Origin: Vicugna vicugna
Lineage: Eukaryota
Assembly: GCA_013265495.1 (NCBI GenBank)
Contig: MU059953.1
Span: forward strand, 4,798,501 to 4,862,500
Direction: 5' to 3'
DNA length: 64,000 bases
Below, in pieces: positions 1-13,376 of the stretch (position 1 is the stretch's first letter; every line of letters starts with the position of its first letter). A program made the translations under genes and the position numbers. The notes beneath the pieces were generated by a model. The model saw only the letters and a list, made by a program, of their open reading frames with translations, had not been told where the DNA came from and made no database searches.

Positions 1-2380
1 AAGGCCCCGGGGGCAGAGGACGAGGCTCCGTCCAACTTTCTGGCATTAAAAAGATTTTTAAGAGACCTCGATAAAACAAGTGCTTCCTGCTTTTTGAAGT
101 GTTTCAGTAGAAGGACGTTTTCTCCTCAGAAGAGCACGCAGCCCGGAAGCAGGCCCGGCCCCCGCTGAAGGCTGAGGTCTCGATTGTGAGTTAAAAGCAA
201 ACGGCTCTAAGACTCAAAAGGCTCTAGGACGGTTTGAATATATAAATCAGCTGCCTTTTACTAGCAAAACAGGGAAGGAGACTGTTCCACGTGAGGGAAG
301 GAGAGGTGAAATGCCCTGGACACTTCGAAGGCAAACTGGTGCTTCTCGGAGAGCACTCACGCGTGCGGCTATCACCAGCTGACCAGGAACGCAAGATGCC
401 ACCAGGACCTTTGATCCACCTGTGACTTCAGTTAAAATGAATGCTGTCCAGGACGAGCAAAGGTTGTCAGGAGAAAACGGGGCCATCCTGATGCCCAGCC
501 CCCGGGCCCAGCGCCCACTCCTGCCAGGGAGCACGAGCCAGGGGAGCGTCCAGGGGAACGGCCGCACCGCCAGTGCCTCACCCTGGACGCTGGCCCTGCT
601 CCCGCCCTCGGTGTTGGGGGTCTAGGCCCCCGGCCTTGAAAGGCCCTGAGCTGAGCCCTGGGGTGCTGCTGCTCTGGGAAGCACGTGCAGGGTCCACACA
701 AGGGAGCAGCCCAGTGGGGCGTGTGGGCCCAGGGGGAGAGACCCCGGCGCCCCTTCCCGTCGGGCCCTGGCAGATGGAAGCCACGCTTGGAGGTTCTGGG
801 GGATCCAACCCCAAACCAGGTCATTGTGCGCTGGACCCTCAGCTCACACGCCTGGCACCGCGCTGGCGCAGACCCCACACCTGCCTCCAGCTGCCACCTT
901 GTCAGCTCTGCCCCCGAGCCTGGGGAACGTGGGCCACATGCCTCGTCCTGTCCCCAGTGAGCCTTCTGCTAGTTCGCCCGAGTCAAAGAGCAGCCTGCTG
1001 GCACACATCACTGGAGACCTTTCAACAGACCGCCTCCCACCCCCTTGTTAGAGCAGTCAGATGGAACCACGCACCCTGTCTGGGGGTCTGTGAGGGCAGC
1101 CTTGCAGTCAGGCCAGGGCTGGCTCTCGGCGGCGACTCCTGGCAAAGCCTGGGGTGAGACGCTGTTGGCTCCAAGCCCCACGGCATGTGAGGCAGGCCTT
1201 ACAGGTGCCCCCCGGGCAGCAGGCAGCCTGGCGCCAGACCTGGCGGACTCCTGACTCAGCCTTTCATGGGGCTGCTGGGCCTTCTGGCCCGTGTCTCCTG
1301 ACAGAGGAGTCGGAGGAGTTGGGGAGCCCAGCGCCTCCTAGATCCGTAGCCCTCAGCCGCCCCACCCTCCATCCCCTCCTTCCTGACTGGACACTGGCGT
1401 GGCCTCTTTTGTGGTCCCTCCTGAGCTGTGTGTGCTCCAGCCTCGTGCCAGCATGGTCACTCAGAGTGCCTCAGCTCTCGGGGGTGGCCAGCAGAGGGGT
1501 GAGCAGAGAGAGCACAGGACCGCCCTAGACACCGGGGAGCCCTGAGCCAGCTGGAGAGGGTCCGCACCCCTCTCGACCCCAGAGGAGCTCCGCTTCGTCT
1601 GATGGGGTCGGGGGCGGCGAGTCCAGAGGAAGGCACGAGAGCAGAGCGCCTGGCCCTCCGAGCGTCCTGCGTGGGCCCTGTGCCTGGAGAGCTTGGGCCG
1701 GCACCTCTTGCCGCAGGCTGGGCCACGACCCCAGGCCCGTGGCCTGTGCTGCCTGAGCACCAGAAGCCCTTGTCTTGGACCCACACAGTGACGCCACAGC
1801 GCGTGATGGGAGACGGCTATGCTGCGGGTGGATGGGAGCCAGCCACACTCCTTCGATGGAGTCAGAAGGTTGGTATGTGGCCCTGTATCTGGAGGCCGTG
1901 GCTGCATTTAAAGTTGCAGGAAGAGCATGTTTTGGAAATTCAAGATGGAACCTACAAACTGGTTTTCAGTCCCGACCTCTAGGTTCTCCGTGGGCTGGAC
2001 ATCCCCGTCTCCCCTGCACTGGGGTGGCTCTCTCCGCTGGGAGCACCAGCAGCCCCGGCCCGAGGGCACATTGGACGCGGAAGCACCTAGTGGCTCTCCC
2101 TCCTCTGAACCCTCCGAAGTTCCCTCCCCGGCCCAGACCCTGAGCTCCAGCCCTGGGCACCACCCGAGGTCAGTGCAGCAGGAGAGCTACTGTGAACCGA
2201 GGCCCCAGCCCCCAAGCTGGCGTCATGACGCCACCCTGAGAACCCACACGTACATGTGGCCACCTTTAAAGCACAGGAGGCTGAACCGCCTTTTCAAGAC
2301 GAAGGGGTTCGGGCTGCCCTCCTCCCACCTCCTTTGGGTCACGTCCAAGCAGTGCTGTCGGGCATTGGAGAGCCCCGCTA

Positions 2381-2614
<234 letters not shown>

Positions 2615-3949
2615 TCAAGGGCAAGGCTGGGCCACGGCGCTGACGCCTGGCAGCGGATCAAAGCGTCCGCAGTGCCTCACATCACAGCCCATCAGAGACC
2701 CCTGGGCTGGCACACGGAGACACATAATCGAAGCCGGGTTTGATTGTAAAAAATCCATGGAAGAATTTCGGTTTGGAATTCTTTTTGATCTGTTTGGAAG
2801 CAGGAATTACGGCTTTGGAGCTTCGATTGTACACCACCGCAGATCATCTTGCTTGGGGGCGGGGAGGGACCCGGGGGGGCCCTCAGCTCTCTCCTGCTGG
2901 GACCAGAGGCCAGAAGGTGGAAGGGCCGCCGAGGGCAGCTGGGCCCCCACCTTGCAGCTGCTGGGCAGGGCCACGTCCATCCCAGGGCCTGGGGGTTCCG
3001 CTCAGCTGATGTGCCGGGCACATTCCCTCACACATGCCAGCACCGCGGCTGCCCCTCGGGCCTCTCGCCCGCCCCCGTCTGGAGCATCTGGTTTTCATCA
3101 GCAGCCACAGTCCCCCCACGGCACCCACACCATCCCCCACCATCAGGGAGCGCCTGGGGGGGCATGATAATCACACCTTCGGCCAGAACAGCCTGGCGTT
3201 TATCAGGGAGCCGGGGAAGCCAGGCCACGCCGATTAGGCCCATCACAGGCCGGCTGTCGGCAGACCAGGCCCAGTGCGGGCTTGGCTCCCTGGCAGCTGT
3301 GGGCACCGGCGAGGCCGTCACTTCCTCCAGCCTTGGGGTCCTTTCTGTCTGATGGGACAGTGGCACTGGCTCTAAGGTGGCCGTGGGGACCACCTGAAGC
3401 AGCTCAGAACGGGGCGGCGACAGGGAGGCGCAGCGCACACGCCTGCTCTCTGCCCGGTGGCTTCCTCAGCCCTGTGGCCCAGCAGAGGGGCACCGAGGCT
3501 GCCCTCTGTCTCTGTCTTTCTTCTCCAAGGAGCCCACGTTCTCCCCACGTGAAGACAGGGGAGAGGCTCTCCTTGGCTGTCTGCACTGACGCCAACGTAG
3601 GGGGCTCCCGGGGCCTCGCACAAGTCACCAGGGCCACGTGCTGGGAGGGTCCCAAGCACCTGGACCGCTGCAACACCCAGGACGCTGGGCAGCGTGGCGG
3701 GTGGGGGCTGGGGGCGTCTGGGCCTTCCTGTGGACTCGAGCCTGGATGCCAGGGGGCTTTCAGTCCTTCATGCTTCGCTGTGACAGAGCAGAAGCAAAGG
3801 GCCCTCCTCTCGCCTCCAGCTCTGAAGCAAACCTGCTGTTGGCTATTTCCCTCTGCACGGGTTTTAGGGTTTGCTAAAACCCCAGTGTGGGACGGCAGCT
3901 CTGGGAGGACTGGGGACCCGGCCCCCACGCATGCAGGCTGCACACCTCA

Positions 3950-4354
<405 letters not shown>

Positions 4355-5558
4355 TCAGGGGCTGTGGCTCTGCACGGGAGCTGCACTTGGAAGGAAGACC
4401 ACACAGGTGTGATCGAGGCTCACATTACGGGACCTTAAAAACCCAAACCCACACGCAAGCGCAGGACACAGACTGGGTGTGAGCCACAGAACAGCTGGGG
4501 TTCCAGGAGGCTGTCCTGGCCTATTCTGGAAGTGGTCTGCAATCTCCAGGGCCCCAGCCACGCTACCTCGTGTGGGCAGCGGGGGGGCGCCAGCTGCCAG
4601 GCTGCGTGGGGTCCTCCCGCCCCTCCATCTCCCTCCTGCGGGGGGAGACTGGGTGCATCCTCTGCTCACGTTCAGGGGCCGGCCCTGATTCAAGGTGGCG
4701 CGGTCACTGCCCCAGAACCAGGGACGCAGAGCCGTGTGCGGGTGAGAAGGGGAGAGCCACGCTGTCAGCAAGGACTGACCGAGCGACCCACACCCTCACG
4801 TGCCAGGGGGGTGCATCAGGTTAATTAAAAAGAAACTGGATGCTTACGATCTTTAAAGAGAAAATCTGATAATTGAATTTAAGAGAAATGACTGGTCAGA
4901 AACATAAGCACCCGCTGAGAACTTCAGCAGTTAAGCTGCGCTCGGGAAACAAGGGAGGGTCTACCTGAAGAACAGGAAGAAATCCTTAGCCCGACCCGCC
5001 CAGCGCGTCCTGTAAACACGCTGCGCGTGGGACGGGAGACGCGCCACAACAGCAAGTCGAGCGCTTGCCTGTCATCTCAGCTTGCTTTATTTGATTTGGA
5101 AAAGCACCCTGGCCTCCGGTCTCCTTCCTGCCCGAGGCAGGCAGGTCACAGCGCCAGGGCCTGGGCTCCAGGGCAGGCGGAGCGAGGGGCACGTGCGGCC
5201 CATGCCATCAGCCTCCGCAGGCCCACCTCTCCATCCCCGGCGGAGGGAGGCCAGGGTTCACGCTGTGGTTGTAAAGCCCTGTGCCTGCATCTCAGAGCTG
5301 CAGGACCCACGGGCTGTTCCATGGCCCCAGGCCCGAGAACCACATCCGAGGTCACCTCCCTCCGCACACGCAAATCTCTGGAGAATGCCACGGCCACAGG
5401 GGGCGGAGCTGGCCCTGAACAGCCCCCCGTCTCCCGTTCACCTTTCCCTAAATGGGATCGCCACTTCAGTCAGCGAAGTCAACCCCGTAAGGCAACAACT
5501 TTGGCCAAAGAAACAAAATGCGCGAGGTTAAACGTTATTCTATTCAGGAATCGTTCTG

Positions 5559-6230
5559 TTTTTCTTTTTTTTTAGTTGAAGTAAAGTCAGTTTACAATGA
5601 TATGCTAATTTTTGGTGTACAGCATAGTGATTCTGTTATATATGTGTGTGTGTATGTGTATATATATATTCCTTTTCATATTTTTTCATTATAGGTCATT
5701 AACAATTGTAGCTCCCTGTGCTGTACAGTAGGACCTTGTTGTTTATCTATTTTATACATAGTAGTGTGTATCTGTTAATCCCAAACTCCCAATTTATCCA
5801 CTCTACCCCCTTCTCCCCCTGGCAACCGTAAGTTTGTTGTCTATGTCTGTGAGTCTGTCTCTGTTTGGGAAATAAGTTCATTTATGTCCTTTCTCTTTTT
5901 TTTTAAGATTCCACATATAAGTAATATCGTATGGTATTTTTCTTTCTCTTTCTGGCCTACTTCGCTTAGAATAACGATCTCCAGTTCCAACCACGTTGCT
6001 NNNNNNNNNNNNNNNNNNNNNNNNNNNNNNNNNNNNNNNNNNNNNNNNNNNNNNNNNNNNNNNNNNNNNNNNNNNNNNNNNNNNNNNNNNNNNNNNNNNN
6101 NNNNNNNNNNNNNNNNNNNNNNNNNNNNNNNNNNNNNNACATGGGGGTGCTTCTATCTTTTTGAGTTAGAGTTCTCCCTGGATATATGCCCAGGAGTAGG
6201 ACTGCTGGGTCACAGAGTGAATCTATTTCC
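5559..6230 (-). mobile_element. 5'-truncated LINE-1 3' end (cetartiodactyl/camelid type), same sense as HDAC4, in intron 22
   Basis: T-rich tail at 5559-5573, then typical L1 3'UTR/ORF2-end text (agttgaagtaaagtcagtttacaatg..., gtgagtctgtctctg, gatatatgcccaggagtaggactgctgggtca). Probable diverged 14-bp TSD: caggaatcgttctg (5545-5558) vs cagggaccgttctg (6231-6244). Interrupted by a 138-N gap. Confidence 0.88.
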
Positions 6231-7030
6231 CAGGGACCGTTCTGGATGGCAGTCCCGTTGCAAATCCCTCTGGTTTCAGGCGGTGGAAGTGCTGAAAACC
6301 CCAGAGAGCCACATGCAGGGGGAGATCCGGCTGCCCTTACCCACAGGGCCCTTGGGGCAGCCGGTGTGCCCGGCCCAGCTCCAGGGAGCACAATACATAG
6401 TAGTGTGTATCTGTTAATCCCAAACTCCCAATTTATCCACTCTACCCCCTTCTCCCCCTGGCAACCGTAAGTTTGTTGTCTATGTCTGTGAGTCTGTCTC
6501 TGTTTGGGAAATAAGTTCATTTATGTCCTTTCTCTTTTTTTTTAAGATTCCACATATAAGTAATATCGTATGGTATTTTTCTTTCTCTTTCTGGCCTACT
6601 TCGCTTAGAATAACGATCTCCAGTTCCAACCACGTTGCTNNNNNNNNNNNNNNNNNNNNNNNNNNNNNNNNNNNNNNNNNNNNNNNNNNNNNNNNNNNNN
6701 NNNNNNNNNNNNNNNNNNNNNNNNNNNNNNNNNNNNNNNNNNNNNNNNNNNNNNNNNNNNNNNNNNNNNNNNNNNNNACATGGGGGTGCTTCTATCTTTT
6801 TGAGTTAGAGTTCTCCCTGGATATATGCCCAGGAGTAGGACTGCTGGGTCACAGAGTGAATCTATTTCCCAGGGACCGTTCTGGATGGCAGTCCCGTTGC
6901 AAATCCCTCTGGTTTCAGGCGGTGGAAGTGCTGAAAACCCCAGAGAGCCACATGCAGGGGGAGATCCGGCTGCCCTTACCCACAGGGCCCTTGGGGCAGC
7001 CGGTGTGCCCGGCCCAGCTCCAGGGAGCAC
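5754..7030. repeat. Exact tandem duplication, period 639 bp (5754-6391 / 6393-7030), including an identical 138-N gap; probable assembly artefact
   Basis: The two copies read identically by eye. N runs 6001-6138 and 6640-6777 are both 138 nt. Duplicate ORFs start at 5884 and 6523 (offset 639). Confidence 0.92.
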
Positions 7031-8310
7031 GTGCCGCCCGGCGCTGAAAGACCCGTCCGCCCTGCGGCGAGAGGCCGGTGCCGGGAAGTCTGTCGTCAAA
7101 ACACATCAACCTCACAGCTGGCACTTCACCAGCCGGGAGTCCCCCCTCTGGAACTCGAGTCACAGGAGACCAGGCTGGCCTTTCAAAACCTTCCCGCTTC
7201 TCCTTTCCTTCCTTCTGGGGCTGTGCCCCATTCACACTTCCCCCCAGAACGGCCTCTCCACAGGCTGATGAAAGCAGCTCCAAGGACCCAGGTCAGCGCC
7301 TCGTGGACCAGCCGTCGGGGGCCCAGGAGCATGGCCTGTGACTCCAGACCACGGGTTGGAAGGTGCTTCCTGCCAAGGGCCAGACGGCAATGAAATATTT
7401 CCGCCTTCTGGTCATGTGGTCCTGCTGCTACCACTCGACACTGCCCTTGTCACAGGAAAGCAGCCTCCAAGGCAGGCGAGCATGTTGGTGGGGCTGCGTC
7501 CCAACAAAACTTTACTTAGGACCACACAGGGGACCTGGCCGTGGGTCATTCTGCCAACCCCGCTCCAGACTCGTGCTGTTACAACGCTGGTAAAGTCCTT
7601 CGACCTAAGACACCAGCCCCAGATTCTCACACATCTTTGTGCCACCGGGACGGATGCTGCCACAGAGGTCCCGGAATCGGTGAGCGCGACGCGGAGAGTG
7701 CCGCCTTTCACACAAAGCCTCTGCTTCAGACGCGCGCCGGCGTCTGTGCGGACGGCCACACCACGGGGGTGGCAGGGGCCATTCTCAGTCTAGGCTGGCA
7801 GGGGGAGAGGGCCCCTCGGAAGCCAGGGACAGCTGCCCGCATCCGTCCCCGCGGCCAGCAGACGTGGCGTCTCCCCACAGGCACAGGCCACTGCCCCTCC
7901 GTGGAGACCCCCAGGGCCCAACGGGGCCCTCCACACGTGCCTCCAACGTTCCAGGGAGACGGGCTTTCAATTATTTTAATGAAGTTCTCATCACATAAAC
8001 TTTGTCTTTGGGCGGGATACTAGTTTCGACCACGGTCATGATACGGGTTTTAAAGCCAGGATGTTTTTTCAATGAAAACCACAGACGTTTTCTCAGACAC
8101 CGGCTCGTTCTGAAGCAAGTGCGTGTGGGGGCTTCAGCCCTGGGCTTTGAAGTACTGCTGAGCTGTTTCATTTCTAATCCCCCACGAAATTAAAAAAACA
8201 GCCCTGCTAAAATCATCATTAGAGGGAGTTAATACCAAGAGGGTCCCTGGAGTCTGTGCTTGGTGTGTGGCATCGTCCCAGAGCCAATCACAACAGAACG
8301 AAAAGCATGA

Positions 8311-8463
8311 NNNNNNNNNNNNNNNNNNNNNNNNNNNNNNNNNNNNNNNNNNNNNNNNNNNNNNNNNNNNNNNNNNNNNNNNNNNNNNNNNNNNNNNNNN
8401 NNNNNNNNNNNNNNNNNNNNNNNNNNNNNNNNNNNNNNNNNNNNNNNNNNNNNNNNNNNNNNN
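8311..8463. other. Assembly gap (153 N)
   Basis: Run of N abutting a low-complexity GT-rich tract. Confidence 0.99.
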
Positions 8464-8660
8464 TGTATGGTGTGTGTGTGGTGGGGTGTGTCGGGTGTGT
8501 GGGCGTGGTGTGTGTGGTGGGGGCATGTGTGTGTGTCGTGTCAGGGTGTGTGGTGTATATAGTGGGGGTATTGTGTTGGGTGTGTGTTGAGGTGGGTGTG
8601 AGTGTGTCTGTGTGTGTGGGCGGTGTGTATCTGTGTGTATGTGGTGTGTGGAAGGTGAAT
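8464..8660. repeat. Degenerate (GT)n/(GGT)-rich low-complexity microsatellite
   Basis: tgtatggtgtgtgtgtggtggggtgtgtcgggtgtgt... over about 200 bp, almost no C or A. Confidence 0.9.
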
Positions 8661-11344
8661 GGGGAGGGGCCACGTGCACACCGGCCAGGCGTGAGCAGGA
8701 GCAGCTGGGACCGTCAACGTATGTGAACACACACTCATTTTACCTTCCTGGTCTGAACCCTCCAGGCTGTCATCTCAAACACTTGCCAAAGCTAACAAGA
8801 CCTGAAACAGTGCTGAGAGCCAGGCTGTGCCAAGTGGGTCTCCAGCCCCAAGTTCCCTGTGCCTGGAGCCCTGAGAGAGGTCACCCTCCTCGACGGAAGA
8901 CGAGGGCTGGACGTGGCGCTCCTGACAGCCTGGCCGCCTGTCTCTGGGACCCGCAACATCACCTCACCCGGGACCCTCGTGTGGGAGGGCAGGTGTCAGA
9001 ACATCACTACTTAATGGATGCTGCGAGGAAAATGGGAAACAGGACTTAGGTTTTACCTCTAGAATCAAACTGTAATGAACAACTTAGTCTTTGAAAGTAA
9101 GATCTGAATATTGGCTGGAGCCTCCTCTCAACCCACTGCTGTAAGGTGAGTGTCTACGGTGTCCCCCGTGACCTTCTGCAGGGCACCCCGCGGGCAGAGA
9201 GGGACAGGCTGGGAGCTTCCCAAGGTGGCAGAGCATCACTGTCCGCTCAGATGGAGGGGAACCGGCAGGCCTCCGGGGGAGGAGCGGCCAGGTGTGCCCC
9301 AGCGTGGGAAGGGGTGAGGGGACGGTTCCAGGCACCAGCAGCCTGGGTGCAGCCCTGAGGGGCAGGGCCGGTGAGCTCAGGTGGCACAGGTGGCCGGGGC
9401 TCCCCTGCTGTCCCACGAGACCCTGGGGACACGGCCCAGACCTCTGGGCCGCCACAGGACCAGCTTCTGTGCTTTGTTCCTGACACCGCTCCGGCCCTCC
9501 CTCAGTCCTGGGAGCTTGCTGGCCAGCCGCACCTGCGGCCAGGCTTCCAGGAGGGAAAGCTGGGCTGGGCGTCCGGGGAGGTGCAGGCGAGCGGACGGGT
9601 GTAGACGGGTGTAACTTGCTGACCTGGGACTCCCACTCAGTCCACTGGCCACTCTGTGAAAGAAGCAGTGCCCTAGGTGCGACCAGGTACTCAGAGCTCA
9701 CAGAACCGTGTCTTTATAAGCTGCCGTATAACATCGGATTACGGGGTGCACAAACGCACCATCTCCAAATCCCGCAATGGAATCTACAGACAACAACTGA
9801 GTCAACAGTGGGTTCCAGTCTCTAAAAAGAACTGAGCCCAACCAGGTTCACCCCCGACAGGGCCCCACACAAACCCACCAAGCTCACGGTCAACACCAGC
9901 CTGGGGCACGCGGCCTGGCACAGCCAGCAGACAAGGCGCCGTCTTCTGGGGGCTGCGCCCACCAGTGCCGGAGGGCGTGGGGGAGTTGGGCACAGCGCCA
10001 AAGCCTCCACGGGAGCCAGGTCAGGCCTGACACGCTGCCCTGGCTCCCTGCTGCCCCCAACTGCCCCAGAGCACCGTCCACACAAACGGCCCGCAAACCC
10101 CACTTCCACGCGGCACCGGGACGCTCACAGGCCGGGCGCTGCCCCCTCGCACTCGTCCCTCGCGGCGGTGTTCAGCAAGTCTAGCAGTTCGACATCTGTG
10201 CCGGTCCCTGCGAGCCGGCGGTGCTGGCCGACGGGCCCCGCTGCTGCCACACCTGAATCAGCAGACCCAGCTCCACGGTGGTGTCGCCCAGGGTACCTGA
10301 CTCCACAACTTCAACAACTGTGGCATGTTGATAACCGAGAAATCCCTTCTGTCGTGTGCTGCGCAAGTTCTCGCTCTAAGGGCCAGGAAGGGATTCCGGA
10401 ATCATCGCACACCCGCGCGGTGGGCGTGGCCTCTGAGCATCCGTGCTTCCGGAGTCCCTGCATCCTTGCAAGAGAGCCACCAAAACCCACGCCTCCACCA
10501 GAATCGCCCGATCAGAGGCTGGGGCGCCTGCTCGTCCAGTGTGTGAACTCGGCCGAGAGTTAGAATCAAACAGAGATGCAGACGGTAGAGACTCAGCTGT
10601 CCTAGCCTGGCTGCCACGATGGTGATGCTACAGCCAGGCTCAAGTCCTTCCTCCCTGAAAGAAGCCAGGCCAGCCCCGCTCCTGCCCCCGCTGCCCGGCT
10701 GCTCTGCACCCACAGCCCCTTCCCCGCTTCAGAGCCGCTGCCCCGAGTGCTTCCAGCTGACTTCACCGGGCAAGCTGGGGACGGCCCTCCCTCTCCCCGG
10801 CAGCCTCCAGGGGGGCACGCTGTGGGCACGTGGCTACTCCCGATGCTAATCCACTCCTCCCTCCCTGTGCTCCTGTAGCTGTCACGCTGGCCCTGCCGGC
10901 TCCTCGCCCTGCGGTCATCACCCCAGGAGGCCTCGTGCCCATGCACTGCTCCCCGGGCCCATCACACCCCTGCCCTCCACGGCTGTTGGGCCTTCACACA
11001 TGGACTGAGCAGCTTTCCCGCCTCAGTGCCCCTTGTCCTCCCAGCACATGGCACCCCTTCCCTTTATGCACCTGGGGAGTAAATGCCAGAGGACCCACCA
11101 CCAGCCTGAGGCGTGGGTCTCTGCAGGGCTGGGCCCAGCGGCTCTTTCTTGACCTCGATGAGGGGGCGACCCAGCCTCCCAGGACTCCCCTGCCTGCCCC
11201 CTTCCTCTGGTTTGAGAAGCCTCAGCACCCCGTGGGCCCCAGGTCCTTTCCTGCCCACCCCCTCCCCCTCCCCCCAGTCTTCAGAAGAGGAGGCATGCTG
11301 TCTGTCCCCTGTCCCCACGTCCTGCTCTCTCCCCAGCACAGAAC

Positions 11345-11480
11345 ATTCTGACCCAACCTCAACTGTCCTTTCCGAGTCACCAGTGGCCTCCCAGCTGCCA
11401 AATCAGGGACACTTTCTAGTTTTTGCCTGAAAATCTGCTAATGCTGGTGTCCTGAGCTGCACTGTCCTCCAGCTAAACCT
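11345..11480 (+). mobile_element. Probable ancient L2 (LINE-2) ORF2 relic
   Basis: aactgtcctttccgagtcaccagtggcctcccagctgccaaatcagggacactttctagt resembles the recalled L2 consensus aactgctcttgtcaaggtcaccaatgacctccatgttgccaaatccaatggacacttttcagt. It sits in a pyrimidine-rich block (~10780-11640). Not verified by search. Confidence 0.45.
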
Positions 11481-13340
11481 GAAACCCCACCTCCTGGCTC
11501 TTCCCTGGGTACCCCCACCCTCCTCCCAGGCCAGCATCTTGAGATCTCACTGGACCCCCACCCTCAATCTTATCTCACTCCAGCACATCCTGAAACGGGC
11601 CCCCCACCCTATTCCCGGCCCTGGCCGGGCGCAGTCATCCTTCCTGGTTGAAGCCCACCCCTCCCGGAACCAAGCCTGTCGCTGGGCTGTCAAGCGCACA
11701 GGCCAGGCCCTCGACACGTCACACCGAGCTCTGCGGGGCGGCCAGCGACAGGCGGGCTCCTCCCTCAGGCCGCTCCTGCGAGTGCATCGTCTTACCTGAC
11801 ACCCTGTGCGGCTCTTCCTCCAGGACTCAGCCAGGAGGCCTCCTCACCAGGAGAGCAGGTGCCCGAGCCCTGAGCCAACCTCGCAGACCGGCCCCAGGAG
11901 CGACAGCCACCTGCTCGCGGCCCGGCCACCCGGAGCGCAGGCCCCACGTGCCCACCTTGCACACAGGGACGGGGCAGACGGCTGAACACGGGTCTGCTAA
12001 ACCCGGAGGCTTCAGCTTCTAATTTTTGCTAAGACACACTGTACAACGTCTTCAGATAAAACTTCCGCACAGGAGAAGGTGTGTATGCCCTTAAAGAGAC
12101 ACAGCTGCCTCCAGTCGGTGGGGCCCAGGGTGTGGGTCAGCGGCTCCACAGCGGTGAGCGCTGGGCCGCTCAGCGCAGCCTTTCTGGAACACGTGCGCCC
12201 CTGTGACCGCAGGCAGCCCCGCCAAACTGTACACTCACACGTGGTTAAAGCCGTACGTTTTAGGCATATTTCAGCACAACAAAAAAAATTTAAATGTTAA
12301 AGCAAAAAGCCCAAAACACACTTCATGGAAATATCAAGAGCCTCACGCTCCCTGCCGTGTTTGAAGCTGGCATAAATGCAGTGCATCTCCCCAGCTGCTC
12401 AATTTAAAGGCAAATCTCAACTCACGAAGAGATTAGAGTTACCACCTCGGGCACCCGGCCTCCCTGACAACTCTCATCACCTTTGAGATACCGCATTTAC
12501 TCCGCACTGGGCCCAAGGCACAGAGGGTCCCAGTGGCCTCTGCTGCGCTGTCGGTGACCTGCTCAGTCGCCAGGAGGCAGGTGAGCGAGGGGTTAAGGAA
12601 CGTGCACCAGTATCTCCGGCCCGGGAAGGCCTCGGCCCTGCGCAGCAGACTTCAAAGCAGAGGCCCGGCTGGTTTGAGTTAAGGCCCCCTCTTCCCCGAC
12701 AAGCCTCCGAGCCCAGGAGAAAGTGCCGCTGAGTCTGGGTTTCATTAGGGGCGGTTTTCTTATCTCTTCTTCATCTTGGCCTGATCTCCTGAAATGCAAC
12801 GAGGCAGGCATGGGTCTGAGCACAAGGTGCTGCCTTGAAGGCGTGCGTCGTCCCGGGCGGGGGGAGCGGTTCCCGGAGGCAGGAAAATGGGTCCTGACCC
12901 TCCTTCCCCCACCGATCGATGCCCAGGGAACCGTAAGCTGTAAACTTCAAAGTGCTACTTTACATTAAAATCAATAATGAAAAAAAGGACCCTGAAACAA
13001 TTTTCCTTTTCAAAGAGGCTGTTTCAGCTTTCATTTGATGGAGCATCATCATGTACGCACTTGGCAAAAGATTAAAACGGAGCGTCAGCAGCGACTCGGA
13101 GTGAAAGCTTTGTCTAAAAGGCGGGAGGGAGTCGGGGTGAGGGGCGGCAGCCCGGGGACCCGTGATCAGAGGCCCAGGGCCCCCCGAGACAGGACCCGGG
13201 GGCCAATTCAGCTGGAACCTGGCCCGAAAGAAAGAAGTGGCCTGCAGGAGGAGAGAACCACCCATTTTGATCACTTTAAGTCAGTTCAGGGAAAGTCCAC
13301 CTTATCTGCCGACACCAGAATCAGCCATGCTGGGACCCTC

Positions 13341-13376
13341 CCCCAGCCCCGGCCCCGGCCCCGGCCCCGGGGCCCC
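13341..13376 (-). repeat. Short (GGGGCC)n-type hexamer repeat on the transcribed strand
   Basis: Plus strand ccccagccccggccccggccccggccccggggcccc = minus strand GGGGCCCC(GGGGCC)3GGGGCTGGGG. Confidence 0.85.
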
